Shown here: piece by piece, positions 23,948 to 35,500 of the stretch | Numbering within the stretch: the stretch's first letter is position 1 | Layout of the letters: every line of letters begins with the position of its first letter | Assembly (NCBI GenBank): GCA_036630325.1 | Contig: CP142726.1 | Span: 620,001-684,000 of the forward strand | DNA from: Vairimorpha necatrix | Taxonomy: Eukaryota | Length of the DNA: 64,000 bases | Reading direction: 5' to 3' | Program-made: the position numbers and the translations under genes | Notes under the pieces: generated by a model | Told to the model about the DNA's origin: nothing | What the model saw: the letters and a program-made list of their open reading frames with translations, nothing else | Database searches by the model: none

Positions 23948-24699
23948 TGTTAAAGACAATTGTAAGTTAAGGGTTAAATTTATTAAATCTATATTCTCAA
24001 CATCCCCGCGCTAAATTCAGAATTGGGCGATGAAATTATCTTTACTACTTCCTACGCCTACTACTGGGCTCTCAAAATAAAAGTGCATTTTTGTGTTAAC
24101 TGGCCATGGGCTGCGCTTTACTCTACCGCGTCTTACAATCCCTTCTAGTATTGGTCTTCGAGGTACTTTCTTTCTCTGTTTTAATACATGTAGTCTATGG
24201 GCATGTGATTATTCTTTACACATGTCTTCCCAACAATGAAATCGAATTTTTTCCGTCTATCTCATTCTTCGACTATAACACAGTTTCTTTTTAATTTTCT
24301 TCTCTTTTTAAATCTCTCTGGATTTATGAACACTATTGGTTCAACTATCTTGCCACGATAGCTTTAATGTAAATAGTAAGATTACCACTACACACAATCT
24401 CGGCAACTCTTATGCCAGATCTTATTACAGTCAATACTGTTTCTCTACAGCTCTTCATTGCTACTCTACGTCTTCACCTATCCGCGTCCCTAGACTGATG
24501 CAAGTCATTACCTTCTCTTATGTTAGACAACCAACCATCCCCATTCTAACATTACTGCATTTTTTACGTCACATGCCTTGACGGAACTTACAACCTCTTC
24601 TTTTGTAAATGTTTAGTTTCGATCATTTTTTTTATTCTCCACCATGGTAAAGATAATTGTAAGTTAAGGGTTAAATTTATTAAATATATATTTTCATCA
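23948..24699 (-). mobile_element. TRIM-like mini LTR element (752 bp, 55-bp LTRs)
   Basis: LTRs 23948-24002 and 24645-24699; PBS TGGTGGAGAAT; TAGCGCGGGGA before the 3' LTR; no intact ORF. Confidence 0.8.
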
Positions 24700-24934
24700 G
24701 AATTAATTGAATAAATTTTAGTTTTGTCTTTTTTTATTTTTTTAGGGATGCAGGGGGGGGGTAACATCGCAACTTAACACAAAGCTAAAGTGCACTTTGG
24801 CAGGAAAAATCTAGTATAGGTTTAGCATCCACCACTGAGAAACGTGACTAAAATATCATTGTTTATTTAATTATAGTAACTTGCGTTTCTCTCGTCCTCG
24901 AGTCATTGTCGTACCCTTCTAAGATAAAATATTT

Positions 24935-26009
24935 GGATCTAGTTTGCTACGCGCCCGGAATAAAAAATTAAAGCTTTTAAGAGAAAAGAACTTTTATAGC
25001 ATGATAATAAAAAAGCAGCATTGTAAAAAGACAGGCTTGTTTTAGAATTATTTTATTTTTAGCTTATTGCTAGTAAAGCTAGCATTCTAACGAACGCAGT
25101 CTCCTTAAACTCATCTCTGAACATCAGTTCAGCTATAAGCCCGGGAAGTTGCGCTTTTTGAAAACCATACATTTTCTTAATCACAAGCTTCATCTTATTC
25201 CAGAATGACTCAATGTTCTGGGGATGGGCTCCAGTTATCGGATCAACGAAATTTGTCTTGTAGTTCAGGACCAAATGACGGAACCCGAGCTCTCTTTCAA
25301 TATTCGCATATGATCCCCAGCCATCTGAGTGAATGATTGTGCCAGTCTACATATCCTAGCAATGATCGGAAGTAAACCACCAGCTGATCGATTTGGGACA
25401 AACTTTATATAGCACTTCGCAGGAAAGAAAAGGTGTCTGCGATCCCCCAAACCCACACATCGCTGTATGGTGCTCTGCCATGATGATGATTGATCTTGTG
25501 GACGAACTGGCAATAATACCTGGACCTATCAATCTACTAGGATCAGCCTCAAAGTATACTTTAAGGATAGTCCTCAGCTTGTTTATAACTGCCACGATGC
25601 TGTTTCTTCTGAATCCATGGTCTAAAATAATCTCTTTAATCTGTTTTCCTCGCTCCAAAGCATAATCATAGCGAAGATCTCAGACAATGGCAATTTAAAT
25701 TCCTCAAAAAGGATCCAGTTCTAATGCTCTTTGTTATCCTGTAGAGCCTGCACACTTTATTATCGCAAATCCAGCATATGAGGTCTGGGCCTTTCTTCGA
25801 TCGCTCAACCATGCCAGATGACCACTTAGAACAGGACATACTGGTCAGAAACTGGTTTTGTTTTCGCAGAACAGAAATCATTTCTAAAGGTGGCATCCAA
25901 CGGATTTGTACGTAAATTTTAAACTGCGACACAACCGTTCTCATTGGGATAAAATTTTCTTAACCTAGTTTGTTATACACTCTTTTCGGGCGTATAACAA
26001 ACTAGATCC
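24935..26009 (-). mobile_element. Merlin transposon, transposase frameshifted
   Basis: TIRs GGATCTAGTTTG(C/T)TA; TSD AAATATTT/AAATAATT; FVDPITGAHPQNIESFWNKMK; related to 14216-15406. Confidence 0.93.
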
Positions 26010-26029
26010 AAATAATTAAATAATTGTAG

Positions 26030-27815
26030 GCGGGGAAGCTGAGAAATTTGGAGGGAAATACATATATAAATATGTTTTATGATATTGAACACGAAAGTGT
26101 CTATGTAACAAACCATCTTCTATTTATTGATATCTAAAGCTCCTCACAGAGAACGATGTTGTTTTAAAACTGATGAATGGGGAAACTAAAAAATTTTCTC
26201 GGCCGTAGGATAGAAATGAACTGAAGTAAGTCTGCGACTAACTGTATTGATTGTGGCGAAGATGAAGTAGTACTAGAAGGGCATCGAGAATACAAATACC
26301 TTGGAATAACAGAGGATGCCTCTTGTGCTGTCAAAAGAGAGACTTTTGAAAAAGTAAGAAATATGATCCTACAGAAAGTTGAAAAACTGTGCAAGACCCA
26401 ATAAAATTGTAAGAAGATGATTCAAGTTTTTAATTAGCATGCAATATCAGTAATAAGTTATAATGTAGGATCTCTAAAATTAGAACCAATAGATTTCAAA
26501 AGTCTCGATTTTGATATCCGACAGGTACTTATCAAGTAACAGGTAAATCTGCTGCCAACCTGCAAGAAATACTATACCTATCTGGATCTGAAATGGGTAG
26601 AGGCCTCATAAGTATCGAAGATAGAAGCGAAAGTATGCTTCTAACATTTATAAAACATTAGATGAGTCTAGAAATGGCTCACTAATACGGGCAGCGATAC
26701 TTAAGGTAGAGGCAGAGAGCAAATCCCACTTGTTTACAATTAAAGAGTATTTAAGAATTATGTTTAGCTTTGCAGGAGAGATAACGCAGAAGATGCTAAT
26801 AGAATCCCAAAAAGAAGCGCTTTACAACAAAATTAACATAGGGACAAACTATGGAAAGTTGTTTAAAGCTAGAGACAATGATTTAGTAAGCATTAGGGAC
26901 TCTTCTACCTGTCTGGTTAAAGGAAACAACCAAGCTAGATCCGAAGCAATTTATTGCTTCTCTACCGATAGAAATATCTTCTGTGGACAAGAGATACAAT
27001 GTCCCCATTGTGGATCTCATAGGAAGACCGTGGATCATTTAGCTACCAAGTGTGATCGAATGCTGGGTTTTGATTATATTAAAGAACACAACGAGGTAGT
27101 TAGATGCATTTATCTCTTACTATGTATTAAATATGGGGTTAAGAAGAAAAGGAAAATACGTGGACACTCAGTACAAGAGATCATGGAAAATGATCGTGCA
27201 GAAATAAGAGTAGATACGAGAATATCCACTAATATAAAGGTAACCCATAATAAGCCTGATATTCTTGTGTTTGACAAGAAGAAGAAAGAAATTTTAATAG
27301 TTGAAGTTGATATAACCAACCAGGATCGACTTACTATAGTTTAGAATGAAAAACTGAAAAAATATGACCTTCTTGCAAATGAACTGGGACTAATACATAA
27401 ATCCCGGACAAGATAGTTTCTTATGTAATGACATGGGATGGAGTGGTGACCAAATATCACAGAAAGTACATCAGGGAGCTAGAAATTCAACCCTACCTGG
27501 AAGCATACATCCAGTCTATTGTGATGAAGAAGACTCTAGAGTCCATCTCTTTGGAACGACGACGAGGATACGATCAGGAGGATGCAGGAGAAGAAGTGGC
27601 TAGAGCTGTAATTCACAAGCGACTATGGCGACTGTTAAAGAAATGGTGTCGGCAAAGGGAATGAAGCTGAAAAGTAAAGTTGGAAAACATTAATAATTCC
27701 ACAGAAACCAAAGTCTGTGAAAGCTAAACCCCATGAGCGATACCGGGGAAAGCTGGCCTATGAATATCTAATCTTAATGATAAATTAACCTAATAAATCT
27801 TTTATTTTTTACAAA
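26030..27815 (+). mobile_element. 5'-truncated non-LTR retrotransposon with restriction-like endonuclease (R2/R4-type RLE group), decayed
   Basis: RT C-terminal NHLLFID and YKYLGI; CCHC CPHC..TVDHLATKC; HNEVVR; KPDILV..ILIVEV (PD-(D/E)xK type); 3' UTR. Confidence 0.9.
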
Positions 27816-28134
27816 AAGATCTTTGGAATATCATAATAGAATTTGTCGTAGGAGCACTGGGCTCCTACATGTTTGACATTTTTTAATATTTGAAACTTGT
27901 ATATTTTACTTCTAAGCCACATGGAAGGAAACGAGATGAAAACAAATTAACAATTAAATATCGACATGACGACAATAGCAAGGCTATTAGTGATTTTAGT
28001 GATGATAAGGGCTGAGACATTATGATGTGGCTAAAGAAGGTAAACATCCTGTCTTAGAATGCAGAATTATCAGAGAACGCTATTTTAAGCGATCGTAATT
28101 AAACTTACGGAATTGCCAAAACGTACTTAATATT

Positions 28135-28466
28135 TGTCCTGTATAAACGGGACTTTGCTATATTTAAAATAGCTTTCTTAAATATTGTTAATATTAAGAT
28201 ATTTAATGGTGGTCTCTTTGTTTTTCTTATACTCCATGCCTTTCACTGAAAGACTTTCTTTTATGGTTTATCTTTAATTTATTAATTGTTGTCAACACTA
28301 AACACAAACATTGGCGTACTTTCGAATGTAGTAGCAGCCGTGCAATTTTCGTTTGTTTGTGCGACTCATCTTGACAGGTTGCTTGTGACGCCCGACGCGT
28401 CATTAAAGATATGTGACAGGTGATGTTTATGACACATGCCCTTGGGATGTAGTAATATACATCACA
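28135..28466. mobile_element. Solo LTR (332 bp)
   Basis: TGTCCTGTATA...TATACATCACA inverted termini; perfect 5-bp TSD ATATT. Confidence 0.75.
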
Positions 28467-29752
28467 ATATTTATAACTAATTAGAACATTGCCAATATTA
28501 CTTTGAAAAGTTTAATATTAAATTTTAAAAACGTTTTGGTAATCGAACAGACAAAGACGAGATTCTTGACCGCTTCTTAGCCATCAAAACGGTAAATTCA
28601 AACGAAGAATATGTAAAACTGTTCAAAGTATCTACCATTTGTTCGAAACTGGATGCATTTCACTTCAATCGCTGATAAGGATGATTATTTCAAAGTCCCC
28701 GGGAACTTTAAATCTTGTTGTATCAATACTCATGTTGCGCTTCAGAATGAAATCCCCTTGGCCAACAAGCGGAGGAGGTGACCTGGATGGCTTTCCCGAG
28801 AGAATTTTTTTTAGTTTTGGCTTAAAGATCTTTATTCATAATAAACATTAGGGGTAAATACATAAATTTCTAAATAATACAATATCCCACTAGTCAAGAG
28901 GAAAGCTCGTCTATAATTACTTGCAGTTGTAACGCATGCCTTTTGATTATATTATTTTTCGTTAATATATATGAATTTTACCAGACTTGCTAATAATTAT
29001 TTCTCTAACCTTGAATCTGGGCAATCCCATAGTTCGAACTACTTCCTCTTTACTTAAATCTATATCATCTTATTTTAATATTACCCTTTTCTCTGTTGTA
29101 GTTTTCTTCACTGAACTTAATTCTTTTCTTAAATTGTATTCCCATAAACATTGATGATTTTCTTTTTTTTAATGCCTCTTCAGGTATAATCTCTATGGCA
29201 GTGTGATATGACTCATTATATAATTTTATTGCTCTTGCTAGTTTTTTTGAAAAGGTTTATCCTATTTATTCTTGTATATTAGATCTTGTAGAATTCTGTT
29301 GAATCTCTCAACACATCCATTTGATTTATGATGCAACGGAGAGGTGTAATGCATTTCAAAATTTTTTTCTATTGCAAAATCTTGGATTTTTTCACTCGAA
29401 TTTTTTAAATTGACCTAAATTTAACATCTAAATTTTAATTTTTTGTGAAGTTCCTTTACAAACACAGGGCATTCCTATCTTGTCTTGACTTGATAATTTT
29501 TGGAATCGCATTCTCAAAAAATAAACAATTCCTAAAATTATGTAAAAATTTTCTTTTGGCCTTATATCCATGGCCATCTTTCTACTACTTTCTGAGCTGT
29601 TACAAACATAGATTATTTATTTCTTTTTGGATTGTATTGTTTGCATACTACACATTTTAAAATCTCCTCTTTTATTATTCTGTCCATTTTATTAAAGCAA
29701 GTATCATGTGAAAGCAGTATATGTTTTATTGTCTTTTCGCCTCTGTGTAAAC

Positions 29753-32566
29753 TGTCATGTCCTCAAAACCATGACATCTGTGTTTTACTGTGTTAAAACT
29801 TTAATCAGTAAAACACTGCCCCGAACGAATAGTCTAAGGCAGTGATCTCTAACGATCGGACATGAAACGTTATGTTTCATAAATAAATATAAATAGTCCA
29901 AAAAAGTTAGAAGACACCGAGCATGAAGAGTAACTTTAATAACAAATCAAATAAAAAGAAATATAATACAAATATTTTAGAAATGTATTTAAAAAACGGA
30001 GATATTACTCCGGTTCATGTCATTTTGAATTCAAAGACATTAAATGAACAAAACGAAAAACGAAATAACGAAGATGACTATATACAAGTCAAAATCAAAG
30101 TTCCAGACTCGGACCTGGAATTTACGAAGAAATTAAAAATAATAAAAAACATCGAAAAATTCGATTTCATTCCTTGGTTTAAGGAATTTGAAGAAATAGC
30201 CACACAGAACAAATGGAATGCTGAACAAGGCATCATGATACTACGAAATTTAATTACTGATCGACGCCTAGAAGCGGATATTTTCATTACAGATGCAGCA
30301 ACAACCAAAAGAAACTTAATTAAACATATTTTTGAGCAAGATGCTAAAGAAATGTTGCAAGAAGCCTTTAAGGTAAAACAAATAGATTTTCTTTTTATAG
30401 AAAACTATTATGAAAAGATTTACAACAAGATAAGTATCTATAGCGCTTATTACGAAATAAGCAAATCGGAATTTAACAGACATTTAAGCGAATGCTTTTA
30501 TCAAGGGTTAGGAAGAAACTCTACGTTTGAAATAATAAAACATAACTTAGGCGAGAACGTCTTAAATGCTTATAATCACCTAAAAAATATTGAGAAAATG
30601 ATTCGAAAGAAAGCAGAAACTAAGAAAATAAACAAGGTGTCTAATGACGAGCCAGTATATCAAGAAAGAGAAGGATCATACAGTAAAAAGTTTTCAAACA
30701 AGACGAATAACCCAAGATCTTCGTATATAAATAAATGGTGTTCTATGCACAAAAACACTAGCCACGACACCAAAGACTGTTATTACAATAAAGACCGACA
30801 AAATGAAAATAAGAAGAAAGAAACGAGAGAAAATCTTAAGATAATCAAAGAACCAATAAAAGTAATAAATGGAATTGAATTAGAAGGTTCAATTGAAAAG
30901 AAAGAAACCAGATTTTTAATCGATACAGGTGCCACAAGAAATTTTATTAGTAATAAAAAGATCAAAGAATTGAAATTATCACCCATTGAAGATGTGGAAA
31001 TCCAAACAAAATTTGCCAATGAGCAAAAAGAAATAACTAACAAAACAGTACTTGTTAGAATAACATTAAAGAATCTAATGAAAGAAAAATACGTAAGATT
31101 TTATATATTAAAAAACAACAGCGATGATGTAATATTAGGAAATGAATTCCTAGTCGCAAATGAAGCAGTAGTAAATTACAAAGAAGGAACAATTTATGTA
31201 GGAAGGGAGAGTTTGAAATTTCTACATAACGACGAATGTTGCGAATTAGACGCAATGTTATTTGAGAAAATGAATGTGTGCAAACAGGTAGATGAATGTG
31301 CATTAAAAACAGAAAATAAAAAGAACTTTAAAAAAGATGAAAAAGAAAGATTTTATATTGACAGAAAAATGACTAAAGAATTTATTAAATTTGTCCACGA
31401 ATTGTCGGGACATTGCGGGCAAGTAATCATGTATTTAAACTTAAAAAGATGGTACAACATCATAAACATTAGAACAGTGATCCGCAAGATATGCAATCAG
31501 TGTATCGTATGTAAAGAAAACAAGGATTTTAAACAACAGAATCTAGAAAGAAATAAAATAGATAGCAGTGCACCATTTGAAATAATAAGCACAGATATTT
31601 TTGGTCCTTTTCTCCTGGAGGAGTTTGAGGGCGACTCTCTAAACCATAAGGGTTATATCTTGACCATAACCGATGTGTTTTCGAGATTCACGAGAATTTG
31701 GTTTGGTGAGAAGTTTAGGAGTGAGGAAGTTATTATGTGTTTAAACGAATGGAGTGATGATTTTGCGAAGCCTAAAGCGCTAATTTCGGACAATGGTCCG
31801 CAATATAAAAGTAAAAAAATGAAAGATTATACTAATAAAATACAAATCGAACATCGGCTAATACCGATATATTACCCTCAAAGCAATGGAATTTCAGAAC
31901 GTATAAATCAAACAATTGCAGAAGTGCTGAGAATGAATATAGGAAAGAATATAAAACACATTATTATGCAAATTGAACATCGGATAAATAATAATGTTAA
32001 TACCACACTGGGAATTGCGCCTATAGAAGCAATTTATAAGAATAGTTTTTATGACATTGAGAAAAGGGTTAATGTGCCATTTTTGCGAAACATACCTGCA
32101 GTTGAAGTGAACTATAAGCGATGTATCGCAGTAAATGACATTGTATACTTAAAAAATCATAGCAATAATAAACTCGAGCGGAAATACTATGGGCCGTTTA
32201 AAGTTATGGAAATCGGTAAGAAAGGAAGTTGGGTTCGACTTAAAGACATGCCCAACTGGGTTCATATTAAACAGTTGAAGCTGTAGGGGGGCAGACTGTC
32301 ATGTCCTCAAAACCATGACATCTGTGTTTTACTGTGTTAAAACTTTAATCAGTAAAACACTGCCCCGAACGAATAGTCTAAGGCGGTGATCTCTAACGAT
32401 CGGACATGAAACGTTATGTTTCATAAATAAATATAAATAGTCCAAAAAAGTTAGAAGACACCGAGCATGAAGAGTAACTTTAATAACAAATTAAATAAAA
32501 AGAAATATAATACAAATATTTTAGAAATGTATTTAAAAAACGGAGATATTACTCCGGTTCATGTCA
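29753..32566 (+). mobile_element. Young RT-less LTR element (2814 bp)
   Basis: 270-bp LTRs 29753-30022 and 32297-32566 (2 differences seen); TSD TAAAC; PPT-like AGGGGGGCAGAC; no TGG-type PBS. Confidence 0.97.
29923..32286 (+). CDS. Gag-protease-integrase polyprotein lacking RT and RNase H, 787 aa
   Basis: Knuckle CSMHKNTSHDTKDC; FLIDTGA and ILGNEFL protease; HHCC (HELSGH..CIVC); STDIFG / SDNG / SERIN DDE; YYGPF GPY/F; no RT motifs. Confidence 0.93.
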   Translation: MKSNFNNKSNKKKYNTNILEMYLKNGDITPVHVILNSKTLNEQNEKRNNEDDYIQVKIKVPDSDLEFTKKLKIIKNIEKFDFIPWFKEFEEIATQNKWNAEQGIMILRNLITDRRLEADIFITDAATTKRNLIKHIFEQDAKEMLQEAFKVKQIDFLFIENYYEKIYNKISIYSAYYEISKSEFNRHLSECFYQGLGRNSTFEIIKHNLGENVLNAYNHLKNIEKMIRKKAETKKINKVSNDEPVYQEREGSYSKKFSNKTNNPRSSYINKWCSMHKNTSHDTKDCYYNKDRQNENKKKETRENLKIIKEPIKVINGIELEGSIEKKETRFLIDTGATRNFISNKKIKELKLSPIEDVEIQTKFANEQKEITNKTVLVRITLKNLMKEKYVRFYILKNNSDDVILGNEFLVANEAVVNYKEGTIYVGRESLKFLHNDECCELDAMLFEKMNVCKQVDECALKTENKKNFKKDEKERFYIDRKMTKEFIKFVHELSGHCGQVIMYLNLKRWYNIINIRTVIRKICNQCIVCKENKDFKQQNLERNKIDSSAPFEIISTDIFGPFLLEEFEGDSLNHKGYILTITDVFSRFTRIWFGEKFRSEEVIMCLNEWSDDFAKPKALISDNGPQYKSKKMKDYTNKIQIEHRLIPIYYPQSNGISERINQTIAEVLRMNIGKNIKHIIMQIEHRINNNVNTTLGIAPIEAIYKNSFYDIEKRVNVPFLRNIPAVEVNYKRCIAVNDIVYLKNHSNNKLERKYYGPFKVMEIGKKGSWVRLKDMPNWVHIKQLKL

Positions 32567-35500
32567 TAAACAAACTCAAAGAACCTTACTTATATATTTT
32601 TTTTGTTCACTTTTTTCACAATCTACGTAATTTATTTTCATTAAGACATTTTCCTCCGTTTTCTCCAACTCTGTATTCGTGATGTTTCTACTAAGACAAA
32701 CTACATGAACCATCTCATTTCCTTTCCTATATTTAATATTAAGGTTAAACATACACAATCTACCTTGCCATCGCTGAATTTAAGACATTCTATATCTCCA
32801 TTATTAATAACATCTAAAGCTTTATGATCTGTAATAACATCTACAGGTGTCCCCAAAACAAAATATTAAAAATGTTCTAGTCCTAATAAGGTAGCTGGAA
32901 ATTCTTTTTTCTAGAATACTATACTTTCTCGTGTTCTTTTAATCTTCTCAAAACAAATGCTATTGATATCTTTCCATTTCATTCGTTTGAGTAATAATTA
33001 CTCCTATACCATGATTAAAAGCATCTGTTTATAATTGGAGAGGCTTATTAAAATCCGGCCGTTTCAAAACAATTTTCTTCTTAAGTTCTCCCTTTAATGC
33101 TTCAAATGCATTCATCGCTGTCTCATGCCATATATATTTTTTCTTTTTCTGCAATAAACCACACGAGGGTGTTTCAAAAATTGCACATCCTTTAAAAAAT
33201 TTTTTATAATAATTTATAAACCCATAAATTCTTGTAGTCGTTTTCGGTCTTGGGGCATCTTTGTATCATCAATGCCCTGTGTAACTGAGTTCTTTGAATA
33301 TACCTTATTATGAGTGATTATATGGCCTAAAAATTCTACTTTTTCTTGCTTATAAATTGTTTTTTCGGTATAAATCTCCAAATGATTCCTGTCTAAAATG
33401 TTAACAATATTTCTAAAGACGGCCTCATATTCTTCTTCACTTTTACTAAAAATTAATATGTCATCTACGTAAACAAAACACGATTTACCTATTTCTTCAG
33501 CCAAAACTCCATCCATATGCCTTTGAAAAATTACTGGGGCATTTCTAAAGCCCATAGGCATTACATTCCACTCGTACAATCTATGTCGTACTTGAAAAGC
33601 TGTTTTATGTCGGTCTTCTTTGGCCAACGGGATTTGAAAGAAACCATCCTTTAAATCAATCTTACTGAAATATTTCATATCTAAAAATATACTAAGATAG
33701 TATTTATATTAGGTAAGACGTATAGATCTTGTTCTACTAATTTGTTTACTGCTACAAGGTTGGTTGTGACTCGGATGCTTCCATTCGGTTTAACTACAGG
33801 CTTATATTATTTAGCCACATGGACTTAGATTCTGAAATGTAGCCTTTCTGCAGCAACTCAGTTACTGCCTCATCAATTCCTGATCCAATTTTCTTGGGCA
33901 TATCATAAACTTTTTAAACAACATTATTGCCCTCTTTTTTCGTATTTCTGCTTATTTGACACTCTCCACTTTTTCCATTAAATTTTTTATGGTTCTCTTT
34001 CTACAAATTCTTCTCTGCTCCGACTTTTGGTAAAATATAGAATTTCTGTCTTAATCTTTTTCTTTTGTATACAGTTTTCAAAAAAAAAATGTTCTATTAT
34101 ACAAAGGGGCTCATCTTAACAAGTATAAACATTCATTTTTTGATGGTTACTCTTTGTTTTAACTTTTAGTAATCTCCTAACAGCATCTGATGTGAAATTA
34201 TGATAAACAAGGTGTTTAGTGTACCTTAAATAATAATACATTGATATGAATTGAATTATTTTAATTAATTAAGTCTTGAACTTTTTCCGGCGTCTCCTAC
34301 TATTTCATTAATTCATTTGTATGACATGTTATTAATTCGCGGGCTCTACGGATTTTAGATGAATTTCTGATCTTCCACAGTTGTAACAAGAAAACTGTTT
34401 CGGTCCCTATATCTTTGACCTTTGAAGCTGTGACAATATACCTTTTTTTCAGTAATATTTCTTTTTTAGATTTAAGGTACTTTTTTTCTTGTTCCTTCTT
34501 TTCCTTTTTCTTCTTTTTTTCTGCCTGATAAATCTCTTCTAACAAAAATATCATTAATTAAAACCTCATCTAACACTTTACTCCTAATTATTAATCTTTG
34601 TACATCTAAAATTTCCCCTTTCGGTCCATCTAAAATTATTTTTATCTTTTCTTCGCTTTTTAATTTGTAAGGCTTTGCTAATTCCTCCGCAAATTTAATG
34701 TATTCACAAATTGTTTGATTATGTTCATGCTTTAAACATAACAAGCCGCCCATCTCTAACTTATTTGAGCTGCAAACCCTCTCTAACTCCTGTTTAAAGC
34801 GAATCTAGTTCATGCAGTTTTTCTTGACGTTGAACTAAAAACCATTCATGATTTCATGGCATGCTCTGCTAATAATAATTTTTTTCCTATTCGCTCATGC
34901 CTTTAAGAAAGAAAAAAATTCCAGTCTCTTTAGCTCTAGAGCGGCATTTTCCACCGTTATTTCCCTTGTCATAGTCGCAAACTAAATATTCTCGACCATT
35001 TTTTTTAAGAACTTTATTCGTAGTAAAAAATTATGGGTAATTATATAAATTTTTTAATAATTCAACCAATAAGAAAGCATCTACTGAAGCAAAGACGGTT
35101 TATCAGAGAATAGAAAGGAAACTTGAGAAAAGGTGCTTTTCTTCACTATCCACAGTCAAGAAGGTCACCACAGAGAATTGCAATGTTGTATAAGCAATTG
35201 GAAGGGAAGGGATGGAGAAAGGAAAATTGGCTAATGCGTTGGAATAAAAATACAACACGAGAGAAAAATGGACGAAGAGTATGTAAACTTTAAAATCTAT
35301 ACATATAATTCTCTTATATTTAATAGAACTCTTTTCTTTATATACTCTAATCTTTCAAAGTGAGCTCTCCATCTGACACTCTTTAGACACAGGAGCCGAT
35401 ATCTCACTTTTATACATTGACCAGATATCAATTTAAAATAAAATAATTTTTACAAGTGCGAAAATCAGATCGGCCGCTGGCACTTTCATTAATATAATAG

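Larger units (their letters stand above)
28818..35068 (-). mobile_element. Decayed Ty3/Gypsy element with ~67-70 bp LTRs
   Basis: Similar short repeats 28818-28884 and 34999-35068; PBS TGGTCGAGAAT; RT ORF 33214-33678 (FSKIDLKDGFFQI, MPMG, YVDD); integrase relics 28950-29750; gag 34300-34990. Confidence 0.8.

Noticed and set aside
28690-28860. RNase MRP-like AAAGTCCCCGG motif
   Set aside because: Lies in a gag relic of the outer Gypsy; the apparent GGGG partner is within another element's LTR.
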